DNA from: Schaalia meyeri
Lineage (GTDB): Bacteria; Actinomycetota; Actinomycetes; Actinomycetales; Actinomycetaceae
Direction: 5' to 3'
DNA: 32,000 nt
Assembly (NCBI RefSeq): GCF_900105015.1
Contig: NZ_FNLK01000015.1
Span: 151,702 to 183,701 of the forward strand
Positions 7,939 to 16,356 of the stretch are shown piece after piece. Under the pieces are notes generated by a model. That model did not search any database. It saw only the letters and a program-made list of their open reading frames with translations, and was not told where the DNA came from. Made by a program: the position numbers and the translations under genes. Position 1 is the first letter of the stretch. Every line of letters starts with the position of its first letter.

Positions 7939-9638
7939 CCTCCAATCAACGAGGCCCACGCACCACCGTCCCCCGCCGCCCCACCCGTGGGTGGCGGGGG
8001 AGTGGGTGTACGCTCGCGGCTACGACGTTAGCCCTGACAGCGACGCTGGCGGGGTGCGCGCCCGCACCCGACCCCGCCAGCGATGGGGAGCTACGCGTCG
8101 TCACCACGACCGGCATCCTCGCCGACCTCGTGCGAAGCGTCGCGGGCGAGCGCGCCCACGTCACCCAGATGGTGCCAGACGGAGCCGACCCACACTCGTG
8201 GGAACCCTCCCTGCGCACCATCCGTGACGTTGCCTACGCGGACGTCGCCTTCTCCAACTACCTCATGCTCGAAGAACACGCCCTCATCCGGGCCCTGGAC
8301 TCCAACCTGCCCACCGGCTCCCAGTCCGTGTCCGTCGCCGAGGAAGCAGCAAAGAACGGGGCGACCATCCTGCCCCTCGTCGAAGACCGGGCCCTCGACA
8401 CCCCCTGGCTGGGCATGCGCGTCTGGGGAGACGGAGCCGACCTGGGCGCTACCCGCGCCTCCCAGATCGACCTCACCGCCACCGGCGTTGACGGACCCGG
8501 CGAGGCCTCCGCCTACCTCACCACGTCCTTCGGCCAGCCCGAAATCGCCTTCGCATCCTCTGACGGCTTCGACGCCGCCACCGGATACGACGCCGACACC
8601 GCGCACCTGCCCGCCGACGCGCACCAGCACATGAGCTGGGCGTTCACCGCCCCAGGCGTCTACCGCGTCCACTTCCGCGCAAGCCTACGAACCACCCCCG
8701 GAGCCACACCCACCCCCGTCGGGGAAGGCACAGCGGTCTTCGCCGTCGGCACCCCACCCGAAGAGATCGCCGCCGCCGAAGGACGCCGCATCCTGCGCGG
8801 CGGACACGCCGACATCACCGTCAACCTCGCCACCAAACGCGTCGAACTCGCATCCGACGTCGGCGCGCTTTCCGTTGGCTCCTCCGGGGACCAAGAACAC
8901 TCGGCCCCCTGCTCTCCGCAGGCGAACGCGGCAGGCGCCGGGGCCTCCACCATGGAATGCACCGACCTTGATCACGCCGTCATCGAAGTACCCACCCGGG
9001 CGCTCACCACGATTCCCGGCCAGGCCACGTTCCGATTCATCGGAGGGGCAGGCGCCAACGTTTACATGCTGCCCCAGGCGGTCCTCGGCAAACACGTGCA
9101 CGGCGACATCGACCCCCACCTGTGGCACGACGTCCATAACGCGCAGGCCTACGTGAGGGTCATCCGCGACACCCTCACCCGCGTCGACCCGGGCGGTGAG
9201 GCCACCTACCGTACCAACGCCGCCACGTACCTCGCGCGCCTCGACGCACTCGATGCCTACGTCAGCGACACCATCAGCTCCATCCCCAAGGAAGCGCGCA
9301 AGCTCGTCACCACAAACGACGCGTACGGGTATCTGGCGAACGCCTACGGGCTCACCGTCGCAGGCTTCGTCGCACCCAATCCCAGCGTCGAACCATCCGT
9401 CGCCGACCGGATCAAACTCCAGGCGACCCTGGCAGATGCGAACATCCCCGCCGTGTTCCTGGAACCCAACCTGGCGCGCACCCGATCCACCCTGCGCACG
9501 GCCGCCACCGATGCCGGGGTCGACATCTGTCCGCTCTACGGTGACACCCTGGACGACCAAGCACCCACCTACATCGACATGATGCAACACAACGCCCGCT
9601 CACTGGCACGCTGCCTGGGCGGCAAGGAGATGCCATGA
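7935..9638 (+). CDS. Anchored-repeat-type ABC transporter substrate-binding lipoprotein (TroA/ZnuA cluster-9 fold with inserted repeat domain)
   Basis: Start placed at GTG 7935, which overlaps the upstream stop (GTGA). The track ORF starts at 7863, inside the upstream gene. Lipobox LTATLAGC is present. TroA-like segments are VVTTTGILADLV and DPHLWHD. The inserted domain carries HQHMSWAFTAPGVYRVHF. Confidence 0.8.
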   Translation: MTSNQRGPRTTVPRRPTRGWRGSGCTLAATTLALTATLAGCAPAPDPASDGELRVVTTTGILADLVRSVAGERAHVTQMVPDGADPHSWEPSLRTIRDVAYADVAFSNYLMLEEHALIRALDSNLPTGSQSVSVAEEAAKNGATILPLVEDRALDTPWLGMRVWGDGADLGATRASQIDLTATGVDGPGEASAYLTTSFGQPEIAFASSDGFDAATGYDADTAHLPADAHQHMSWAFTAPGVYRVHFRASLRTTPGATPTPVGEGTAVFAVGTPPEEIAAAEGRRILRGGHADITVNLATKRVELASDVGALSVGSSGDQEHSAPCSPQANAAGAGASTMECTDLDHAVIEVPTRALTTIPGQATFRFIGGAGANVYMLPQAVLGKHVHGDIDPHLWHDVHNAQAYVRVIRDTLTRVDPGGEATYRTNAATYLARLDALDAYVSDTISSIPKEARKLVTTNDAYGYLANAYGLTVAGFVAPNPSVEPSVADRIKLQATLADANIPAVFLEPNLARTRSTLRTAATDAGVDICPLYGDTLDDQAPTYIDMMQHNARSLARCLGGKEMP

Positions 9639-11017
9639 ACGCTGACATTGTTTCCTCTTTCGTCCGCCGTCTCGGTGCCCTGGGGGCGGCGGCCCGCCCG
9701 CGAGACTCGGCGACCGAGCTGCGCTCTGCGCCGCGTCTCGAAGCCCGGCCGGGCCCTGCCGCCACCCCCAGGGCTAAACGGCGTCCGATTGCTGTCTCCG
9801 GTCGGGCCCTGCGGCTGCCTCGTGCCGCGTTGGCCTCAGGCTTTGCTGCCGAGCTCAGCCGGGTCCTGCCGTCAGCGTCGGGGCCCCGCGTTCGTGCCAT
9901 GCGCGTGGTGCGCTGGCCCATCGCTGCCCTGCTGTGCGCGCTTGCCTGTGTGATCGGCGCGCCCGTGGCCCTCGCCGACCCCACCGACCCCGACCTGGCC
10001 CAGAGCGTCGCCGCCCACGAAGAATGGTCGGCCGAGCCCGCCGAGATCGGCGTCGGGCACCTCGACCTCGGGCCTCGCCTGATCGACGGGCAATGGCGGG
10101 CCGGCCTGCGCCACGACGACGCCGGACGCGGCGTCTGGCACGACCCGAACCAGACGGTGCTGCGAGTATCCGACTCGGCCATCATGACCGCGCCCGACTC
10201 GGCCGACTACCCGTTCCTGGCCGACGTGGCCGGCAAGCCCGTGCACGTGATCCCCCAGACGCAGAACCCGAACGTGGTCTGGCTCGGCTGGAACACCCAG
10301 GACCCGGCCGTCACCGCCACCATCGACCGCGGCCTCACCATGCGCGTCGGCCCCGTCAGTGGTCCCGGCCGCGCCTGGCTGTTCCTGCAGTCCGGCACCT
10401 TCGGCAAGCCCCTGCTGCTGGCCGACTCCGGCGCGGCTCCCGGCGACGTGTGGATCGACTCCGGCACCCACGTGCACGCCAACTGGGCGTTCTCCGCCCC
10501 CGGCACCTACACGGCCACCGTCACGTTCTCGGGCACCACCACCTCCGGCGAGGCCGTGAGCGCCTCCACCACCCTGCGCTTCGCCGTCGGCGACTCCGCT
10601 TCCGCTTCCGAGGCCTTCGCGATGGCCCCGCCCACCGATAAGGCCGCCGCGTCCCCGTCCAAGGGGGGCGCCTCCGGCAAGCCTTCAGCCCAGCGCTCCT
10701 CCGGCGAGGCTGCCGCCGACGGCTCCGCCTCCGAAGGCGGCCTGCCCGACTGGGCGTTCCTCGCCCTTATCGGCGCGGTGATCGTCTCCGTTGCGTTCAT
10801 CGCCGCCCTTGTCGTGGCTCGCGCACGCAGCAGCCGTGCCGAACAGGCCGCCGCCATCGCCGAGGCCGACTCCGCTTCGTCGGCCGCCGACCCGGGCGCT
10901 GCCTCGACTGCGGATGAGAGCTCAGGCGCGGGCAAGAGTGCTGCCTCGACCGCGGGCGATGGCTCGGACGAGGGCTCAGCTTCGGACGGCCCGGCCAGCG
11001 GGGGAGGGGAGAGGTGA
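9635..11017 (+). CDS. ABC-transporter-associated repeat protein (TIGR03773-like), membrane-anchored by a C-terminal TM helix
   Basis: ATGA overlap with the upstream stop, and AAGGAG 5 nt upstream of ATG 9635. One repeat domain is present (HVHANWAFSAPGTYTATVTF). The C-terminal TM segment WAFLALIGAVIVSVAFIAALVVA is followed by an acidic Ser/Ala/Gly tail. Alternative start ATG 9899 would give a classical signal peptide (MRVVRWPIAALLCALACVIGAPVALA). The start is unresolved. Confidence 0.7.
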   Translation: MNADIVSSFVRRLGALGAAARPRDSATELRSAPRLEARPGPAATPRAKRRPIAVSGRALRLPRAALASGFAAELSRVLPSASGPRVRAMRVVRWPIAALLCALACVIGAPVALADPTDPDLAQSVAAHEEWSAEPAEIGVGHLDLGPRLIDGQWRAGLRHDDAGRGVWHDPNQTVLRVSDSAIMTAPDSADYPFLADVAGKPVHVIPQTQNPNVVWLGWNTQDPAVTATIDRGLTMRVGPVSGPGRAWLFLQSGTFGKPLLLADSGAAPGDVWIDSGTHVHANWAFSAPGTYTATVTFSGTTTSGEAVSASTTLRFAVGDSASASEAFAMAPPTDKAAASPSKGGASGKPSAQRSSGEAAADGSASEGGLPDWAFLALIGAVIVSVAFIAALVVARARSSRAEQAAAIAEADSASSAADPGAASTADESSGAGKSAASTAGDGSDEGSASDGPASGGGER

Positions 11018-11733
11018 GCCAGCTTCGCGTCACCTCTGTGGGCGCATCCCTGGGCGGGCGCAGCGTCCTTGAGGGCGTCGACCTGGAGGTCGAGGCGGGG
11101 GAACTCGTCGGCCTCATCGGACCCAACGGCGCTGGGAAAACCACACTGATCCGCGCGATCCTGGGCCTGATCCCGTCGACCGGGCGCGTCGAAACCGACG
11201 GTGCGATCGGGTACGTGCCGCAGCGCCACGAATTCGCGTGGGACTTCCCGATCAGCGTGCGTGGCGCCGTCCTGCAGGCCGTCACGGTCAGGCAGGGACT
11301 GATGCGAAGGCCCCGCACCCCGCACTTTCGGGCCGTCGAGGAGGCCCTGGGCCTCGTCGGCATGCGCGACCTCGCGGGTCGGCCCATCGGGGAGCTCTCT
11401 GGCGGACAACGCCAGCGTGTGCTCGTCGCCCGGGCGCTCGCCATCCGGCCCGCTGTGCTGCTGCTCGACGAACCCTTTACGGGCCTCGACATGCCCACCC
11501 AGGAGATGCTCATGGACCTGTTCCGCTCCCTCGCTAACGGGGGCCGCGCCCTGCTCATGACCACCCACGACCTGATTGGCGCCCGCGCCGGATGCGACCG
11601 CCTGTACCTGCTGCGGCGCACAATCATCGCCTCGGGCACGCCCGGCTCTCTCACCGACGCAGACCCGTGGATCCGCGCCTTCGACGTGCGCTCCGACAAC
11701 CCCATCCTCGACGCCCTGGGAGTGCGCGCATGA
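11014..11733 (+). CDS. Metal ABC transporter ATP-binding protein (anchored-repeat type)
   Basis: GTGA overlap with the upstream stop. Walker A GPNGAGKTT, signature LSGGQRQRV and Walker B LLLDEP are present. Confidence 0.9.
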   Translation: MSQLRVTSVGASLGGRSVLEGVDLEVEAGELVGLIGPNGAGKTTLIRAILGLIPSTGRVETDGAIGYVPQRHEFAWDFPISVRGAVLQAVTVRQGLMRRPRTPHFRAVEEALGLVGMRDLAGRPIGELSGGQRQRVLVARALAIRPAVLLLDEPFTGLDMPTQEMLMDLFRSLANGGRALLMTTHDLIGARAGCDRLYLLRRTIIASGTPGSLTDADPWIRAFDVRSDNPILDALGVRA

Positions 11734-12644
11734 ACACCGTCATCCACGCCGCCGGCCACGGCCTGGTCGCGACCACCGACTTCCTCAGCCCCCTGGACTT
11801 CTTCCGCGACCTGATGAACCCGGCGCTCGCGTTCCTGCCGCGCGCGCTGCTGATCGCCGTCGTCGCCGCCCTCGTGTGCGGCAGCGTCGGCGTGCACGTC
11901 GTCCTGCGCGGCATGGCCTTCATCGGCGACGCCGTCGCGCACTCCGTGTTCCCCGGCCTGGCGATCGCGTTCGTGTGCGGCGGGTCCCTGGTGCTCGGCG
12001 GGGCTCTCGCGGGCGTCGTGACCGCCGTGCTCGTGGCGCTGCTCGCGCAGAACCGGAGGCTCAAGGAGGACTCCGTCATCGGCGTGCTCTTCGTCGGCGC
12101 GTTCGCCCTCGGCATCGCGATCATCGCGCGCGCGCCGGGGTACGCGGGCAGCCTGCAGGACTTCCTTTTCGGGTCGATCACGGGCATCCCCGCCTCCGAC
12201 GTGCCCGTCGTGCTGGCTGGGGCTGCGCTCGTATTGCTCATGCTGTTCCTCGCTCACCGGCCCATCGTCGCGGTGACGCTGGACCGCGAGAGCGCCCGGG
12301 CGGCGGGCGTGCGCGTGCTCGCCGCGGACCTGTCCCTGTACGTCGCCGTGGCGCTCGCCGTCGTGATCTCCGTGCAGACGATCGGAAACGTGCTGGTCCT
12401 CGCGCTGCTCGTCACTCCCGCGGCCACCGCGCGACTGCTGTGCGATCGGCTGGGCACCATGATGGTTCTGTCGCCCGTTTTGGGGGCCGGCGGGGGCCTG
12501 GTGGGCCTGTACCTGTCGTGGGCGCTGGACGTGCCCACGGGCGCCACGATCGTCCTGGTGCTCACGGCGTGCTTCGTGCTCGCCTGGCTCTTCGCGCCGA
12601 GGCACGGCCTCCTCGCGCGGACCCTTCGCGAGAGGCGGGGATGA
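11730..12644 (+). CDS. Metal ABC transporter permease (ABC-3 / ZnuB-TroC family)
   Basis: Start at the internal ATG 11730 (ATGA overlap with the ATPase stop) rather than the track start 11592. The protein is polytopic and hydrophobic, with the typical segment LRGMAFIGDAVAHSVFPGLA. Confidence 0.85.
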   Translation: MNTVIHAAGHGLVATTDFLSPLDFFRDLMNPALAFLPRALLIAVVAALVCGSVGVHVVLRGMAFIGDAVAHSVFPGLAIAFVCGGSLVLGGALAGVVTAVLVALLAQNRRLKEDSVIGVLFVGAFALGIAIIARAPGYAGSLQDFLFGSITGIPASDVPVVLAGAALVLLMLFLAHRPIVAVTLDRESARAAGVRVLAADLSLYVAVALAVVISVQTIGNVLVLALLVTPAATARLLCDRLGTMMVLSPVLGAGGGLVGLYLSWALDVPTGATIVLVLTACFVLAWLFAPRHGLLARTLRERRG

Positions 12645-12686
12645 CGCCCTTGTGAGGGCTTCCGGCTGCGCTTGCGCTCGCGGAGG

Positions 12687-12766
12687 CGTCTCGCCCGTGG
12701 GGGTGTCTCGCTCGCGGGGGTGTCTCGCTCGCGGGGGTGTCTCGCTCGCGGGGGTGTCTTCCGGGG
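12687..12766. repeat. 17-bp GC-rich tandem repeat (TGTCTCGCTCGCGGGGG), ~4.7 copies
   Basis: TGTCTC cores at 12704, 12721, 12738 and 12755 are spaced exactly 17 bp apart, with a degenerate copy at 12687. The array is flanked by the 16-bp direct repeat CTGCGCTTGCGCTCGC at 12666-12681 and 12794-12809. Confidence 0.9.
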
Positions 12767-12910
12767 AACCCCGACGCGATCCCCGGCCGGCCACTGCGCT
12801 TGCGCTCGCCGGGTGTCTGGGTCCGGGCGCGTGTGCGTGCTTGTAAGCGTGTGTGCGCTTGCGGCTCGTGAAGCCCTGTTTCCCTGCCGGTATCGCCGAT
12901 CGTCGGCGAG

Positions 12911-12926
12911 TGTTTCACGTGAAACA
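12911..12926. promoter_or_regulatory. parS: parS centromere-like site (perfect TGTTTCACGTGAAACA; 22-bp palindrome 12908-12929)
   Basis: Exact 16-bp consensus in the intergenic region between the transporter operon and the repeat arrays. Confidence 0.85.
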
Positions 12927-13023
12927 CTCGTGCGGTGGACGTGGGGGTGGCGGTGTCCCGTGGCGTGCGCGTCGGCTCCGGCCCTGCGCTTCCCGGCGTC
13001 TTCCCATGATGTTGTCTGCCTCT

Positions 13024-13172
13024 TCTATGAGCTTCTATGGGGTTGATGAAGAGTTCTATGAGATACAAGTGGGGTTCTATGAGATAGAAACCGGGGTCTA
13101 TGAGATAGAAACCGGGGTCTATGAGATAGAAACCGGGGTCTATGAGATAGAAACCGAGTTCTATTATCAACG
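13024..13172. repeat. 21-bp AT-rich tandem repeat array; each unit holds the palindrome TCTAT-GAG-ATAGA (candidate operator or iteron array)
   Basis: TCTATG cores at 13034, 13055, 13076, 13097, 13118 and 13139, plus TCTATT at 13160, are spaced exactly 21 bp apart. An extra core lies at 13024. Three identical units TCTATGAGATAGAAACCGGGG span 13076-13138. The array ends ~30 nt before the GTG of the next gene. Confidence 0.9.
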
Positions 13173-13201
13173 ATCTTGATGACCTGCTGGGCGCCCTGGC
13201 T

Positions 13202-14629
13202 GTGCTTGAGCTGCGCGGTGGCGATACCACGTCGATCGAAGCGAAGACCTTTTCGGAATACACGCCGGAGCAGCTGGGGCCGACGTTGGGCTCGTTCGCG
13301 AACAAGCCGGGCGGAGGCGTGATCCTGCTGGGCGTGTCGGAGCGGGATGGGATCAACGTCGTCGGCGTCGATGACGTTGATGGCCTGTTGAAGAGAGCGG
13401 CTAACCAGGCGAGGAATGGTTTCAGCGCGCCGATCAGGGTAGATGTGCGTGCCTTTGATCTGGACGGCAAAGCGATCGGGGTCGTTAACGTTGAGGGCGC
13501 TAATGTGAACGAGAAGCCCGTGCGCTGGTTGAAGGATAAGAAAGCGTATCTACGCCAGTACGACGGGGACTATCAGATGGCGGTATCGGAGGAGCAGATG
13601 CTCCTGCTGCGCCATCGTCGACCAACTGCAGACGCGGACCCGGTGCGTGGCAGTTCGCCCCGCGATCTCGACCAGACCCTGGTGTCCCAGTACTTGGCAT
13701 CCGCTCGTGAAACTACGTCGCGTCTCGCCGACTATAGCGACGAGGAGGTTCTTTACAACACGGGCGTTGTTGCGGATCGCCAGAGCGGAGAGTTGTCGGT
13801 TGCCGGTCTGTATGCGCTGGGCGAGTATCCGCAGCGTCTTCTCCCGCACCTGACACTCACGGCAGCGGTTGAGGGGAGTGGGGATGTGAGGGCGGTGAAT
13901 CGGCGTGATTTTACGGGCGCGTTGCCGGTCATACTGGACGATGTCTTGGAGTGGGTCAGAGGGAACGTGGAGTCGAGGCAGCTTGTCACTCGTGACGGAG
14001 ATGGTCTGACGGAGTATGCGGTGCCGCTGCTGGCCGCCCGCGAGGTCAGCGCGAACGCGCTGGTTCACCGTGATCTTTCCGAGGCGTCGCGGGGAAAAGG
14101 TATTGATCTGAGGATCACCCGAGATGGGTTTCGTTTGACGAATCCCGGTGGCCTGTGGGGAATCACGGTTGACCGACTGGGTTGTGGTGACCACCCCGCG
14201 GTGAATGAACGACTCTACGGGATCTGCAGGAATGTGCATGGTCGCAGCGGGCGGGTGATCGAGGCGATGGGTACCGGGATCAGGGAGGTTCGCCGGTCGT
14301 TGCGCGAGGCTGGGATGGCGGAGCCACGTTTCTACGATAATGGGGTGTCGTTTACGGTCCGTTTCCCGAATTCGGCGCTGATTCCTGACGGTGACCTGGC
14401 GTGGCTCGGCGGGCTTGGACGGGACGTGGCGGTTGAGCTGAATCGGCGCCAGAAGGAGGCGCTGGTCGAGATGCGCCACGGGCGCACGTGGAGCAATGGA
14501 GAATATAGGGAGCACTTTGGTGTGACTGCTGAGGAAGCGCGCTCAGATTTGCGTGATCTCGTGTCGCGAGGCCTGGCAATCTCCACGGGTCAGCGTCGCT
14601 GGGTGCGCTACGAGCTTGCTGGGGAATAG
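13202..14629 (+). CDS. AlbA_2 (Schlafen/AAA_4-like) + HATPase_c_4 + C-terminal winged-HTH protein (often annotated 'putative DNA-binding / RecG-like ATP-binding protein')
   Basis: 475 aa. The N-terminus SIEAKTF...FANKPGGGVILLGVSERDGINVVGV matches the AlbA_2 pattern. REVSANALVHRDL...LTNPGGL...IEAMGTGIREV matches HATPase_c_4. The C-terminal segment LNRRQKEALVEM...LRDLVSRGLAISTGQRRWVRYEL is wHTH-like. A GTG start is assumed. Confidence 0.75.
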   Translation: MLELRGGDTTSIEAKTFSEYTPEQLGPTLGSFANKPGGGVILLGVSERDGINVVGVDDVDGLLKRAANQARNGFSAPIRVDVRAFDLDGKAIGVVNVEGANVNEKPVRWLKDKKAYLRQYDGDYQMAVSEEQMLLLRHRRPTADADPVRGSSPRDLDQTLVSQYLASARETTSRLADYSDEEVLYNTGVVADRQSGELSVAGLYALGEYPQRLLPHLTLTAAVEGSGDVRAVNRRDFTGALPVILDDVLEWVRGNVESRQLVTRDGDGLTEYAVPLLAAREVSANALVHRDLSEASRGKGIDLRITRDGFRLTNPGGLWGITVDRLGCGDHPAVNERLYGICRNVHGRSGRVIEAMGTGIREVRRSLREAGMAEPRFYDNGVSFTVRFPNSALIPDGDLAWLGGLGRDVAVELNRRQKEALVEMRHGRTWSNGEYREHFGVTAEEARSDLRDLVSRGLAISTGQRRWVRYELAGE

Positions 14630-14705
14630 CTGTTGCGCGGGGTAGTCCGTCTTTTCGGAGAGCCTGGCGGCCGCTGGCGGTTGTGGGTGGCGTGGCTCGT
14701 TGGCT

Positions 14706-15416
14706 TTAGGCGTTGTCTGGCTTTCTCAACACGATTCCCACAATGATGAAGGAATGGTCGTCTTGTTCCGACAAGAAGAGGCCAAGTGTCAAGTTTTCTT
14801 CCTCTTGTGTTCCGTCACTCTCTTTGGAACGTACAGTCGAGTATTCGTGTGGGCTCTCACCTGAACGTGCTGGTAGGCTTATCGCATGCTTCTCTGACAT
14901 TGACAGAAAGATGCAGATGCCGACGGTGTTGTCGGAGCGTTTGTAGCAGGGGTATACCTCATCGGTCGCGAGGTATGTGTATTCAAGTGGTTTGATGACT
15001 ACTTCGTGTTCGTGAAATACTTGCATGTCTTCCGCGAAACGGTCGCAGAAATCGCCGTCTTGGCATAGCTGCATGAGTTCTTCCGTGTCGCCGGTGTTGA
15101 ATGCGTATGCCCACAGGTCGAGGAATCGCTGCGCGGTTGCTTCTACGCCTTCCTTTCCGCCCGCGTAGAGGTTGGGTGGGGGAGTGGGCTTGGGGATGCT
15201 GACGGGTGTGGGGGTGGCGGACTGGGGAGCGTTGTCGGATTGGGTATAGGCATCGGACTGGGCCGACTGCGAGGATGCGGCGGCTTCGGCGTTTGCTGGC
15301 GTGTGTCCTGTGAACAGGCGGAATCCGAGGACAGAGCCGACCGCGACGATGGCCGTTGCGACGGTGCCAACGATCCACGGAGTGAGGCTGGTGAGGCGTG
15401 TTTGTTGGGTGGTCAT
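14706..15416 (-). CDS. Membrane-anchored DUF6318-like protein
   Basis: 236 aa with an N-terminal TM segment (WIVGTVATAIVAVGSVLGF) and a Pro/Thr linker. The domain ...GVEATAQRFLDLWAYAFNTGDTEELMQLCQDGDFCDRF... follows the actinobacterial DUF6318 pattern. Confidence 0.65.
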   Translation of the reverse strand: MTTQQTRLTSLTPWIVGTVATAIVAVGSVLGFRLFTGHTPANAEAAASSQSAQSDAYTQSDNAPQSATPTPVSIPKPTPPPNLYAGGKEGVEATAQRFLDLWAYAFNTGDTEELMQLCQDGDFCDRFAEDMQVFHEHEVVIKPLEYTYLATDEVYPCYKRSDNTVGICIFLSMSEKHAISLPARSGESPHEYSTVRSKESDGTQEEENLTLGLFLSEQDDHSFIIVGIVLRKPDNA

Positions 15417-15430
15417 CGGCTATCCCTCTC

Positions 15431-16356
15431 TCAGTGGCCTTGTTTTTCTTCTGAGGTGTCGGTGTTGTTGATGATGAGGTGGTCGAGGCGGAAGGGGTCG
15501 GTTGTTTCGGTGGTGGTGACGAGGCCGTTGATGGTTTGGGTTTCTCCGGTGAAGGGGTTGGTGGCCGTGCCGCTCCATGTTGTGGTCAGGGTGATGGTGC
15601 GTGTGGCCCGAGGGTAGGGGCCGTCGAGGAAGGACTTCCACCCGCCCGGTGCGGTGTAGTAGTGGCGTATCAGGGTCGGGTCGGTATTGGGGTCCATGCC
15701 CCTCACCCACGCCGCCCCCGGCGAAGACGTCACCGTGTTGGGTGTGTCGTCTCCCCAGTCCCACGTGTACTCCTGAGCGGTGAGGGTCACGGTGACATCG
15801 CGGCCCAGCAGGGTGACTGTGTGGGTTTGGGTAGGGTGACGAGGGTGGGGATACGCCGGTTCGTGTAGGACACCCCATCGGGACGCTTACGCAAACCCGC
15901 CCCATCAGCGTGGATCGTGGCAGCCGCATAGTAGAGGATCTCCCGTGTCGTAGGCACTGCTCCTGCAGACTCGGGCGTCCCACTCCGAGTGATGTGCGCG
16001 CACGCGAAAGGCGCCGACTCTGTCCCATCGGGCAACGTGACCGTGTGCATCGTCTTCCCATCACACTTGTCATCCGCCGCATACACCTGCGCCTCAGGCG
16101 AAGCGCTGGCATCCGCCGTCGTCCGACTTCTATCGTCTGACGCCGTCTAGCCGCTAGAGGACTCCTGGTTAGCTGCTTCCTGTGCCGCCGCAGAGGCTAC
16201 CGACTTAACCGTGGAGCCGTCACCGTCGACTTGAAAGTGCGGAGAATCCAAAGGAATCCCATCATCGGCGACGGCGCCTGGCGTAGCAAGCCCCACGAGA
16301 AGGCTAACAACCTGCAACGTCGAAACAACTGCGATTGAGGGCTTTATTCTAGGCAT
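15431..16356 (-). pseudogene. Secreted PKD-like protein gene, interrupted by an in-frame TAG (16147-16149) and one frameshift (~15790-15850)
   Basis: The 69-aa ORF (16356..16147) carries a signal peptide (MPRIKPSIAVVSTLQVVSLLVGLATPGAVA). It is in the same frame as ORF 16086..15787, and only one TAG separates them. ORF 15790..15431 continues in another frame (...THTVTLLGRDVTVTLTAQEYTWDWGDD...). Its ATG overlaps the stop of the upstream gene (GATGCCTAG). Confidence 0.5.

Noticed and set aside
10797-12794. 665-aa minus-strand ORF. Other very long antisense ORFs include 6370..7959(-), 21682..24096(+), 28159..29232(-), 29802..30875(+), 8685..9590(-), 13550..14515(-) and 18357..19298(-).
   Set aside because: These are typical high-GC shadow ORFs lying opposite well-supported genes. 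Their translations are Arg/Ala/Gly/Pro-rich low-complexity sequence with no motifs.
12687-13172. Possible CRISPR array
   Set aside because: Both arrays are head-to-tail tandem repeats (17 bp and 21 bp) with no unique spacers and no cas genes.
12853-13179. 108-aa ORF with a heptad repeat ...GVYEIETGVYEIETGVYEIET..., and its antisense partner within 12562..13470(-) with ...PGFYLIDPGFYLID...
   Set aside because: The peptide periodicity is just the translation of the 21-bp DNA tandem repeat. There is no RBS, the composition is atypical, and the ORF runs through parS. I treat it as non-coding repeat DNA.
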